A model generated the notes under the pieces. It searched no databases and was not told the DNA's origin. It worked only from the letters and a program-made list of their open reading frames with translations. This document shows, in pieces, positions 45,441-57,691 of a stretch of DNA of 64,000 bases. The DNA lies in contig OX597824.1 of NCBI GenBank assembly GCA_951406725.2, positions 42,160,001 to 42,224,000 on the forward strand, written 5' to 3'. How positions within the stretch are numbered: the stretch's first letter is position 1; the number at the start of each line of letters is the position of its first letter. The position numbers and the translations under genes are program-made. The stretch comes from Octopus vulgaris. Lineage: Eukaryota.

Positions 45441-46921
45441 TTCTGCTACAAAGCAGAGGAACCATGGTGTGGTAAACTTTCAGACGCTAATCTAGATTGC
45501 GAATCCTCTGTACTCCAGGATGGTTCAGCTCTCCACCCATTAAAAAGCTACCATTTACAGAATGAGGATAACAACGTAGCTGTCGTGCCCGTGCAACCGC
45601 CAGTCTATCGCGTGTGGTGGGTGGATCTTCAAGTTCTTAGTAGCTTAGAGTAGGCTCGAATTAGTGATTATTTTTTGTGGCTAATGGCGTGAGTCCCGAG
45701 TAGAAGAAGTAGAAGAAGAAGAAGAAGAAGAAGAAGAAGAAGAAGAAGAAGAAGAAGAAGAAGAAGAAGAAGAAGAAGAAGAAGAAGAAGAAGAAGACAG
45801 CAACGACAACGACGAGGAAGAAAAGGAGGAAGAGAGGGAGGGGAGGGAAGAGTATGCCTCTACATTGTCATTTGATCCGCTGGAAATAGTAGTTGAATAT
45901 ATATATATATACCTTTATGGATGTTTGACTATAAAGTTCACGTTTATCAAATTCCTATTATACATAATCAAGATTCATAGCTTAATGCAGTCCCAGTTGC
46001 ATAATATATAGGATGGTCATGTTTGACACTATTTTAATCATAAAGCTCTTAAATTTCAACCCACTGGTGGTGGTGGTGGGGGGCTTAAAAAATAATTACT
46101 TTAGAGAATTTCCTATCGTTCCTTTGTGTCCTCAGTCCAAATCACACCTATTGTTGTTGTTATTTTTGTTGTTGTTTGTTTCCAGTTTAGCGCTCATCGA
46201 GCACATTTACACTCAAAAACTTTAGAGCACGGACGTATCAACATTTCTTCGGGCATAATGTATCTAGGACTACATTATCCAGAATGTCTTTCCTTTTATT
46301 GAATTTTTTAAGGGTAGTGTGATTTGAATTGCGTCATTCAACTATTGAAGCTACTCTCTCTTTTCCTCCAATTCTTCCCTCTCCGTTGTCTCTCAGCTCC
46401 CTCACTTTCACACACATACAACTTCATTCTCACCCACACATACACGTTCAGTCCCGCCGCGCCGAGACACTCAGTCGTCACCCTACCATCACCGACAACA
46501 CACACACACACACACAAACACAAACACACACACACAAACACAAACACACACACAGATTTCCTTTCAGTTATTTCAATAAATATACTTAACCCGCCATACG
46601 ATATGCGGGTAGAAACGCCAACAACATCAACAATAACAACATTAATACACACACGCGCGCGTGCCCACGCACGCACACATACACTCACTAAAATAATATA
46701 CCGGTTGTGGGCAAAAGGATTAGGAGGGACAAACAGCAGGTTTGGTGTTGAGGCCGGTCAAAGAAGCGATATTGGTGGTGGTAATAGGGATGTAGAGGTG
46801 ATGATTGACGTAATGATGGTGGGAAGTTTAACAGAGGGAGGTACTAGGTAAGGTTGTGGTCGTGGTCGTAGTGTGGGTGTTGAGGCTTAGCTTGATGTTA
46901 GCCTTGTTTATCTATGATCAA

Positions 46922-47241
46922 AGCGTTCCAACCATGACCGTCCCATTCCAGTTTTTCCTTAAGCTGTGTAGGACTAGTCGGAAAATCTCTGAAAGAAATG
47001 AAAGTAGTAACTATCTTGAGAAGTAATATTCATCGCCACATCAATATGGCTGCTCCATAAGAATCGAGCTGGAACGAAATACTGCTATCTCTAGCGGGCA
47101 GCGTTCCAACTATGACCGTCCCATTCCTGTTTTTCCATAAGCTGTGTAGGACTAGTCGGAAAATCTCTGTAAGAAATGAAAGCAGTAACTATCTCCATAG
47201 GAATCGAGCTGGAACGAAATACTGCTATCTCTAGCGGGCAG
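46922..47241. repeat. tandem duplication (~178 bp and ~142 bp units)
   Basis: AGCGTTCCAAC.ATGACCGTCCCATTCC...CTATCTCTAGCGGGC occurs twice; the second unit lacks ~38 bp. Confidence 0.95.
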
Positions 47242-47244
47242 TTT

Positions 47245-47295
47245 TTCTTCCCTGAAGATGAGCAGAAATAACCCGAAACCGTACTGTCGGGAGAA
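47245..47295 (+). ncRNA. type I hammerhead ribozyme motif (Penelope-like)
   Basis: Helix I TTCTTCC/GGGAGAA (7 bp, one G-U), core CTGAAGA 47252-47258, GAAA 47275-47278, helix III AC..GT, GUC cleavage triplet 47286-47288; stem II imperfect. Confidence 0.7.
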
Positions 47296-48498
47296 CCTGT
47301 CGTCTGCTGAAAGATGGTAGAGGTTCACTCCCATGCTTGCAATATATCCTGGGTTTAAAAACGGTAGTAATGTCGATTCTTATGGAACAGCCATATTGAT
47401 GTGGCGACAAACATTACTGTGTTAGGACTATTTAAAATTTTTTTTACTAGTATGTAGAGTGTAGTTGAAAGGAATTTAGTTGTTCTTTCTAGCAGATTGT
47501 TCGACCACCTAGAAGCTCTCTCTGCTATTCGTGGTGGTTGTGGCGGGAGAGTTGTAGTAGATTTAACCCCAGGTTAATCCTGATTAAAGAAACCTATGAT
47601 CATAGACATTCCAGCCGTAACAAACTTGTCATTATTCAGCGTTCCTTTATTTATGAAGGTATACAGGATCTGTGCTCCTGTATACAAGTGCACTGATCAG
47701 GCAGAGTCCCCCTCGTTCGTCCTTGTGGATTGTAATAATCATTTCTATTATATGAACAAAGCCTAAAATAGTGGGGCAGGGGACTAGTCGATGTTGCTGT
47801 TTATTACCGAGTTAATCCTGATGTAAAACAAAAGTAAATGGATCTTTGGCGGTTTCGACGATAGTTCGACCAACCGAATAAACTGCCCACAGAATTAATG
47901 TGTAAATGGCTGAATATTCCACTGACACGTGTATTATTAATGTAAGCATGAGGGACAGTTGGTGTGGCATAGTGTGTGGCATAGTGTGTGACAAGGCTGT
48001 ACCGTATGAGGCGGTCATCTACCACCACCACCACCACCACACCACCACCACCACCACACCACCACCACCACCACACCACCACCACCGCTGCTACCATCAG
48101 CCACATTAACCGCAGTCCCAAGAATACTACCATCACCACCACCACCACCACCATCACCACCATTACAACATCTCACAAGAGGCTAATCCGTCGACCCAAT
48201 TTTCCTCATAAGCCTTGGAACGATCCAAATTTAAAATAAAGATAGTAAAGAGTAATAAAAACTCCTATCTGTAGAAAACCGAGCCTATATTATCCAACAT
48301 GACTTTCTTTTGAAGATTATAAGATATAATAAGGGGAATTTGGCTGCTATTTATATCACGTCAAGCAACCGCGTAGAGGCGCCCTTGTTGGCAGGAGCTT
48401 GAGGAAGTTGATGATGGTACCATACTGCTGAAGTTGTTGTTATAGCTGTTGTCCTGGGGCTTTGAGTCAGCCCTTATCATAAAAGAAAGACATTTTAG

Positions 48499-49049
48499 TG
48501 CTACTTTAGCGTGCGGTTTGCGTGTCTGCATACACTGAAACGTGCAGTCTAATCCTAACCCTAACTCTAACCCTAATCCTAAATAGTTACCCTCACTTCA
48601 ACCCTAAACCTTAACCTTAAACCTAACCCTAAGCCCTAACCCTGACCCGAAACCCTATCTCTAACCCTAAACCCTATCCGTAAAGCCATAGCCTAAGCCT
48701 AAGCCTAACCTAAACCCTAACCCTAACTCTAACTCTAGCCCTAATCCTAATCCTAAGCGACAACTCACCCTAATACTAAGCCCTAACCCTGTACACTAAA
48801 CTCTAACCCTTACCCTCAACCTAAACCTAAACGTTGTTCTTTAACTCTAACCCTAATATTAACCGTAATTCCTGACCCTAGACATTAACCCTAATCCTAA
48901 ATCCTAAACTCTGGCACTAAACTCAAGCCCTAACCCTAAACACTAGGCCCTAACTATAACTCTAAACGCTAACCCTAATGCTAGTCTAAATCAGGTCTTT
49001 CCATAACATAGACTACAGATACGTCGGTAGACCGCACGCTAAAGTAGCA
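48499..49049. mobile_element. 551 bp MITE with 19-bp perfect TIRs, 6-bp TSD and internal degenerate (CCCTAA)n
   Basis: TTTTAG|TGCTACTTTAGCGTGCGGT ... ACCGCACGCTAAAGTAGCA|TTTTAG; the interior ~48550-48978 is CCCTAA/CTCTAA/CCTAAA variants. Confidence 0.9.
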
Positions 49050-50379
49050 TTTTAGACTTGACTATATCGAATCTTGCTGCTGTTTATCTAGGATTTAAAT
49101 GGGTAATGTGTCCTTCCATTTATTTTCAAGATTTTGAGGATGTGCTTTGAGTGCGATTTTAGCTGCTATTTCTCCCAGGGCAAGCGACCATACAAAAGTT
49201 TCCTGGCTAGTAATGGTGGTGTATGCAGTGGGGTCGGTGATGGTGATGAGTATTTTTGAAACGAAATGCGTTGGTTGTGATTATGGTGACATTACCCATG
49301 ATTGTTGTTCATGTTAGTATTGCTGTTATTGGTTGTTGTTGTTGTTGTTAGCGTTTGCAGTAACATTTCAGATGACAGTAGTGTTGGTGGTTTAAAGTGG
49401 TTTCCGTCAATCAAATCCACTAAAAAGGATATAGTTGACCCGTGGTTGTGGTAGAAAAGTCACTCGCCCAAGGTGCTACATAGTGAATCTAGACTCAAAA
49501 CAAAACCACATATTTGGGAAGCAAGCTTCTTTCTTGTGTTACTATATAGTGTAGCATTGGTGGAAGTAACAGTGGTAGTTAGTAGCAGCAATATTAGTAT
49601 TAGTAGCTGATATTCTTGTTGCAGTAATCGTTATTGTACAGATCAGACATGATCGAATAGCAACTATACTGGTTTTCTCTTTCTCTCTCTCTCTCTCTCT
49701 TTCAATAACACTGAATCACATACAAGCGTGAAGGGGATTTGGCTGCAGTTTCTAGCTGAGAGAATAATAATGCAGAGGGTCCGCTTCCTAGTTGTTATGG
49801 CGTTTCTGTTGATACAGGTTACAATGGTGGCGTTGAGGGTTACAGAGATGTTGGTGATTGTGTTTGGGAGAGCAGAGATGGTGCAAGAAGAGTTTTGTCT
49901 AAGTTGACAATTGGCCAGGCTATTTCAGTTTAACGTTAACGATAAGAGTAAAATGGCAGTAATGGAAATGGCTCCAGATTGTAATCTGATGGTAGCAGTT
50001 ATTTTAATGGCGGTGGTGGTAGTGGTGGTAGCGGTGGTAGCGATGCTGGTGGTGGTAGTAGTGGGGACGGTGGTGACGGTAGTGACGCAGCTGTCGGCAG
50101 TGGTAGTGGTGGTCATGATGTGCCGCTTGGGAGATGTTGTAATGGAGGTGTTGGTGGTATTCTTGAGAGTGCGGTTAATGTGGCTGGTGGTAGTAGCGGT
50201 AGTGGTGGTGGTGGTGGTGGTGGTGGTGTGGCTGAAAGTTTGTCTTTAGCAAAGACGGAAATTTCTTCTAATTGTCACGTTTTACAAAGAATGTCTCCAG
50301 ATTTTGAAAAACAGTCACGTCTTGATTTCTTGTCACACGTAATTATTTATATATAAATATGGGTGCGTGTGTATGTGTG

Positions 50380-50413
<34 letters not shown>

Positions 50414-50558
50414 TGTATGTATGTATGTATGTATGTATGTATGCATATATGTGCGTATAATGCACACATAAACATATATATATGTATGCACATAAATGTG
50501 TGTGTATGTATATAATGTATATAGATATATACATATGTATATATGCGCGTGGTTTTAA

Positions 50559-50644
<86 letters not shown>

Positions 50645-50811
50645 TACGCACACACATATATATGCAAACATATATACAGACATGCATATATATACATGCG
50701 TACATATATGCATTTTATTCATATATAAAATTGACATACAATCACATACATTACATACATGTATGTAAGTGCATATATATTTATGTGGGTATATCTCTGT
50801 GTGTGTATATA

Positions 50812-50876
<65 letters not shown>

Positions 50877-52200
50877 GTACCTGTATGTACATTTATGCGT
50901 GTGCTTTATACTTGTATATGCACATGTATGCATGTTGTAATAGGTATATGTGTGTATAAGAGTATGTGTTCGTATGCATACATTTTATAATGCTGTGTAT
51001 ATGCAGACAAATAAATCTGTAATCTTTCTAGAAGTCTGAAAATTAGGACTGCTTTTGTCTAGATTACATCATTTTACCCAGTCAGACTTATGGCTTTGTG
51101 CTATCGTTTACAATAGGAGAATACGTTGGCTGAGTAGTTAAACATTCCACATGGAAAATACGTTGTTTGAAGTTCGATCGTACCATGCAGCTCCTTGGGC
51201 ATCCTCTATTGTTGCTTTGTGTCGACGAAAAACTTGTGACTAAAATATAGTAGACGGAAACTGTATGGAAGCTTGTAGAAGGGGTTGTTTCTCTTCTTAG
51301 TGGTAGATTAATTCTGTTATCCTCTTAAAATCCACCTCATAGCTCTTCGACGCCTTCAACAGAATCAAATCCAATTTATTGCTAGCATTCGTCCAGTTCT
51401 TAGATCCTCTTTTTCTCCCACCACGCTTGCAGGGCATTATGAAGGGTCATGAACACCATCCTCTCTTTCTCCAATATATTTTGGGAGCACAGATGAGGGT
51501 CATGCACTCTTCCCCTTCCCCTGCGATTTGCATAAATTTATTGATCTTTATAAAACGTATTTGACTGACACTTTATTTTATCGAATCTGAAAGGATGAAA
51601 GGGCACCTTCATCTCGTCGGGATTTGAACTCAGACATAAAGGGCCGGAAAATAAATCAGTTTTTTTAAAAACTCAGAACTGAAAGAGCCTGTGGGTCTTT
51701 ACATTCTGTGTTCAAGTCCGGTAAAAACCAACTTTGCCTTTCGTAATTTTGGGATCGATATAATAAAGTACAAGTCAAGTACTCGAGTTGAAGGTGACAT
51801 ATGATCCCCATCCTTCGAAACAGCTGGCCTTGAGCCTGAATCGGAAATCCTAATGTTGGAGATTACAAACACGTGTTTGATTTACTTCTATCGTTAAGGA
51901 TTTTTAAAGCCTAACTCACAAGCGCAAGTCTTGACGTGCAGAATAATCATGTTGGTAACTATTTATGCTGATGGCAAACAGTGTCAGACAGTACGTATTG
52001 TGGCATTTGTTCCTGCGCTCTAAGTTCAAATCCGACCGAGGAGAATCGTATTCTCTGTCTCATAATTCGGAGTCGAGAAGTAAAGTCTAACAAATGCTAA
52101 AATCTTTTCTTCGCATCTCCCTTTTTCTCTCTCTCTTTCTCTGTAGACTGTAGTTGTGAGATGGGGTGACGTATTGGTTGCGCCAACATCACCGTTACAT

Positions 52201-52253
<53 letters not shown>

Positions 52254-52835
52254 TGGAGACCCCGCAACGAAGCGGAATAACTGCTAGGACACAAAAGATG
52301 CAGAGAAATACTTAATATCAATAAACAGTGGGAAAAAAAAAAGAATTAATCGACAAATAAGAAAATCCATAAGCTGTTTGTCATATATCTTATTTATGTA
52401 AGAATGTATGTGGATGCGTACGTATGTATGTATGTATGTATGTATGTATGTATGTATGTATGTATGTATGTATGTATGTATGTATGTATGTATGTATGTA
52501 TGTATGTATGTACGTATGTATATAAGTATGACAACTTGGGCAAGTATCTTACACTATAGCCTTGGGCGAACCAAAGCCTTATGAGTTGATTTGGTAGATG
52601 GAAACTGAAAGAAGCCCTTAGCATATATATATATATATATATATATATACTGTTGTGGCTGGGGAGAGTCATTCTCTTTTAGTGCCTTACAATTTAACAC
52701 ACTCACCGGTAATATTTCCACTCATTTACTTACTTTTCTAAGATTTTCGTTGCCTTGCAATCTTTTCAATAGTTGTTGACTCTGTCCGTTATACAAGCTG
52801 CGTTCTTTTTGCTTGTTTGTGCGCATGTGTGTGGT

Positions 52836-52903
<68 letters not shown>

Positions 52904-53054
52904 ATAAACATGTATGTGTATGTGTGCATGTATGCATGCATGCTTGTAAGTGTGTATACATATATGTATGTGTGTGTTTGTATGTGAGCGTATGTGTGTA
53001 CGTTTGAATGTATGTATTCTGCATATTCATGTGTTTGTGTGTTCATGTTTGTGT

Positions 53055-53099
<45 letters not shown>

Positions 53100-53129
53100 T
53101 CTCATTGTGTGTGCATGTCTGAGTGTATC

Positions 53130-53180
<51 letters not shown>

Positions 53181-53666
53181 ATATGTTTATGTACACGTGT
53201 GTAGGCAAATGGATATGAAAGTAAACAGATAGACATACAGACAGATAGATACATAGATAATATGAACAGACAAGCACACATATACACACACACACAAATG
53301 AAGACTGAAACACATGACCAGATACACACACTTCACTTCACACAAGGACACATGGAGAACACGTCCACACATATGGAGATACACTTCCATACATACAGTA
53401 CATAGTTACAAAAAATCCATACACACACACACACATACACATTCAGACACGCACACACACACACACATGCACAGACATAAAGACACACAAGCACGAACAC
53501 ACAAACACATGTATATGCAGAATACATACATACAAACGTACACATATACATACATATATTACATATGCACACGCACACATACACACACATGCATACATGC
53601 ATACACACACATACATACATGCATACATGCCGTGCACAAACGCGCGTATGCACACTTTAACGTATA

Positions 53667-54500
53667 CAAGCATACCTCACCCTACGTCGTTAATTGGTTA
53701 CAGGAGACACGACTTCAGTCGAAAAACTACATAAGTCGAATTAACTTGTCTCTAGGGTGGGATAGGCCGAATTTACTTGTCTCTAGGCAAAACCGATAAT
53801 AACCTTTCCCAGTTCTGTAGTTTATTTACGAACGGATTTTCAATAATACATGGTTAATAAAAACCATGTATGCAAAAAACTTGTCCTTATTTTGTCCGAT
53901 CGTCGATACAGGTGTCCGACTCATCCCAAAAGATCGTGTAATTGCTACCACTTTTTCACCTTTTTCATGGCGTTTTATCCTAGCCAGTTTATCTTCCAGC
54001 AGTATAGCATGACGCTTAGCACTTTCGCTATGCATTTAGTTAGGAGATATGGGGGCAAAAAATAAAGTCACTAATGAAAAACAGATGTAAACAAATCTAA
54101 ATTCAAAACAATCGTGGGAATCACGAGCGACAATGACGGCTAACGGTAGATGTCGGAATCACAGTGCAATATGAGCTCCGAAAGACCGATAAATAAGGCA
54201 ACACAGCTGATTTCATGATTTCGTTCACTAAGCTACACTACTTTATGGTGTGTATCCTAACATTTACTGTATGTATTTTAATATGAATTTATATGCTTTG
54301 ATTCTTATTTATTATACAGTAACATGATTTTATATGCTTTTAACGGATTTCTAGTGATTTTACGATTTCAATATTTGTGGTGGACGGACGTAAAGTCGAG
54401 TAAAATGACTTGATCCTTATTTTCCCATATATTATTTTCGGAAACCGACGTATAATCGAGAACGACTTAAATCAAAACGACTTAAGTCGAGGTATGCCTG
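53667..54500 (-). mobile_element. Tigger/pogo-like deleted element with N-terminal HTH remnant
   Basis: TA|CAAGCATACCTC ... GAGGTATGCCTG|TA TIRs; ORF 53826..54035 KRHAILLEDKLARIKRHEKGEKVVAITRSFGMSRTPVSTIGQNKDK resembles the CENP-B/psq-type HTH of Tigger transposases. Confidence 0.85.
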
Positions 54501-55510
54501 TAAATATATTTAAGCATACGTATCAATGTTTAAGTGTGAATATATGTTTATGATGTATGTATATATGTATACACATGCACACACACACACAAACATACGC
54601 GCACACAAATATGTGTGTATATATATGTTTAAGCACTCATATATATTCAAACCTAAATGTTTATATATACGTATGTGTATATGTGTGTATATTTGCGTGT
54701 GCGTGCGTATACGTTTGTAGGATACGCATGCACACACACACACATACACACACACACATATATGTATGTACTTTTGCTCATACATATAAATATGTATACA
54801 TATTTGTGTGTGTGCATGTTTATGTGTGCTCTTATATACTACATATTGACAACCACAAATACAACACAAAACGGCTTTTTTATCATTCTGTTTCATTTCA
54901 ATGTCAATAAAAATAAATTTATGTCTATTTTCCAAATGTTAAAAATTGGCTAGCCGATCTATTGTATTAAGATTCTCTGGTTATTATATTTCTTGAATAT
55001 CTCGGTGCCATTATTGTTTAGGTTTCTTTGTCTCTCTTGAAATATTCTGGTATGTTTAGGAACATTTTTCTTTAAATTTTATATTAAAATCATCAAATTT
55101 ATTACTGTTTTTTTTTTTCATTTTCCCATATTTTCGGTTTTCTTATCTGTTATCCCTCATAGATATACACCCCTTTGCTCATTTATATCTGATAAGAGAC
55201 CACCACCGCCGCCGCAACCAGTACCAGCAGCAGAACAACCACCACCACTACTTCCACTAATTTCTCCACCACCACGGCAGTCACTGCGTTCGAAATAATA
55301 AACGGGACGAGTCATTTCCATTTATCTATATTTCAATACCAAGAACGTTTCATTTATTTTTATTTTGGTCGGGGTCTTTTGCGCCGTATCGCTAAGTTGC
55401 GATGACAAACACATCGCAAGCACAAAAGCACACACGCACACACACACACACACACATACATAAACATACACACATACACCCACACCCATACATATATATA
55501 TATATATATA

Positions 55511-57221
55511 CACTTGCGTCGGAAATTAATTAGCACTTCTCAAATTTCTACATTTTCTTACATTTTCTTAATTTAATTAACTTATTATCAGAAACGAACT
55601 CGTTTATAATCAAAAATTTATTAAAACATATCCCAGCACACCACATAATTGTTATTAATCGTGAAATTTAGTCAATATCTTGTTGCTCCTCCTTTGGCAG
55701 CAATGACAGCTGCTACGCGGGTCGGCATGCTGTCTATGAGTGCCTGCAGGTACTGTGCATGGATGGCCCTCCATGCAGCAAGAAGTGCCCCAAACAGCTT
55801 GTGTCGGTTCCTGTATTGCTGCACATTCAAATCCCTACCCAATCGACTCCAGAGGTTCTCAATAGGGTTCAGGTCAGGTGACTGGCCAGGCCAGTCCATG
55901 ACCATCACCCCATGGTCCTTGAAGAAACCGGTTGTGAGCTTGGCTGTGTGGGAAGGCACGTTGTCCTGCTGGAGCACGTACTCCTCGCTACCAAAGAGGT
56001 ATCCCGTACTATCTCAACGTACTTTGCTGCGTTGATGTTGCCTTCGACGGCATAGAGCCGCCCAACACCACTGTAGCTGAACGCCCCTCACACCATCAGA
56101 CCACCCCCACCATGCTTCATGGTGAGAGCAATGCAGTCTTTGTTGAAGCGCTCACCCCTGCGGCGTCGCACATGGACAGGCTTGTCACTGACGAGACTGA
56201 ATCGCGACTCGTCAGTGAACATCACTGTCCACCACTGCTGCACGGTCCATGTCTTGTGGGCACGGGCCCAGAGCAGCCGCCTCTTCCAGTTTTGGGCTGT
56301 AATGAGCGGCTTATGGGCGGCCCTACAGGATTTTAGACCAGCTTCCAGTAATCTGGTCTTGACGGTGGTTGTAGACAACTGCTTCCCTGTCATCTTTTGC
56401 ATCTCCTCCGCCAGTTGCTGGCTCGTTGCCCTTCGGTTGTACAGCGACTTTCGGGTCAGCATCCGGTCCTCCCGCTGGGTCGTCAGCCTCTTCCGTCCCC
56501 TACCGTTTTTGTCAGCTGCTGATCCGGTTTCCTCGTATTTCTTAAATAAGCACTGAATTGTGCGCCTGGCTACACCAAGTTTTCTGGCTATTGCAGCCTC
56601 CGACAGCTTCCCACGCCACGAGAGAGCCTCGTACCGTCTCTCCAAGGTCATGCGAGGTCTTGGGCCCATCTAGGAATGAACGATAAAAACCAGTTATTTT
56701 CATTAAAACTATTCATTTGAATAATGTTATGCTATAACAAAACTGCTATGAGTTATTATTCATTAAACAAAAAAGAAAGAAAGCAGAATTTCTCACCTTA
56801 TTTGATGTATAACAGAAAGTTTTGTGAACCAGAAGTGACGTCATCAAGCAGAGTGTAGGAGAATTTGTGAGGAAAAAAAATCTTGCAAATACACAAATCA
56901 ATTAACCTACGAGCTGTTCAAAACGTCTTACGCGATGAGAAAACTTAGTACGGTGTGATTTCGGTCCTTGCGAGGCGCTACCTATATCTATTAAACAAAG
57001 GAAGATTTGTCTGCATCCGCACTCCAAGTTGTTGTTGCACTGCTATATCAACATCATTAGGCTGTAGACTCTCAAACTGCTCTGCAAACAAAGTTACGTC
57101 ATCGTTCTGCGCAACAGTGAACTCACAACAAAGCAATAGTTCGAGATATGGCCACTAGGTGACAGCAAATACCTTGAGTGAAGAGAAAATCAAGGGTGCT
57201 AATTAATTTCTGACGGTAGTG
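55511..57221 (-). mobile_element. Tc1-family DNA transposon, full length (~1.7 kb)
   Basis: TA|CACTTGCGTCGGAAATTAATTAGCAC ... GTGCTAATTAATTTCTGACGGTAGTG|TA TIRs with TA target duplication. Confidence 0.93.
55672..56669 (-). pseudogene. Tc1 DD34E transposase pseudogene
   Basis: Paired-like HTH, GRGRKRLTT linker, FTDESRF, KHGGGGLMV* (W codon to TGA at 56088), a deletion/frameshift near 56000, and QQDNVPSH...WPGQSPDLNPIENLW with 34 residues between D and E. Confidence 0.93.
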
Positions 57222-57344
57222 TATATTCTCCTACATATGGATCACTGTGGACTCTACTCTTGATGAAAAATCCTTACAATACACCACGACATCTAAACCT
57301 TTGAACTTTACGTAAAGCTACTATTATTATCATTACAATTATTA

Positions 57345-57639
57345 TTATGCTTTCTAAACTTTCCTACATTTTCTGGTCTTTTTTTTTTGTCGATATCCCC
57401 TAATTCTTCGCTCTCCTGTGTGACCCTTCTGTCCGGCAGTCGCCATGATAGATCGGTAGCTACTACACACATTTTTTTCTCTCCTTGTTTCTCTCCTTTC
57501 ATTTTCTCTGTGTCCTTTTCTGTAGAAGAGCATAGGCTCGAAACGTAAAAGATTTTTTCCATTCCTGAGCGTTATAGTAATACATCTGTTTGTTTTGTAC
57601 ATCACCTGTCTTCGTCTTCTGTCTTTTTTCGTGAACTCT

Positions 57640-57640
<1 letters not shown>
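57345..57640 (+). mobile_element. Penelope-like non-coding element with hammerhead-like motif
   Basis: 57515-57551 reads CTTTT CTGTAGA A GAGC-ATAG-GCTC GAAA C GTA AAAG; same architecture as the 39.6 kb element; ends in (TA)n. Confidence 0.55.
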
Positions 57641-57690
<50 letters not shown>

Positions 57691-57691
57691 A

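Noticed and set aside
48550-48978. True telomere or chromosome-fusion scar
   Set aside because: The repeats are degenerate, in one orientation only, and bounded by TIRs with a TSD.
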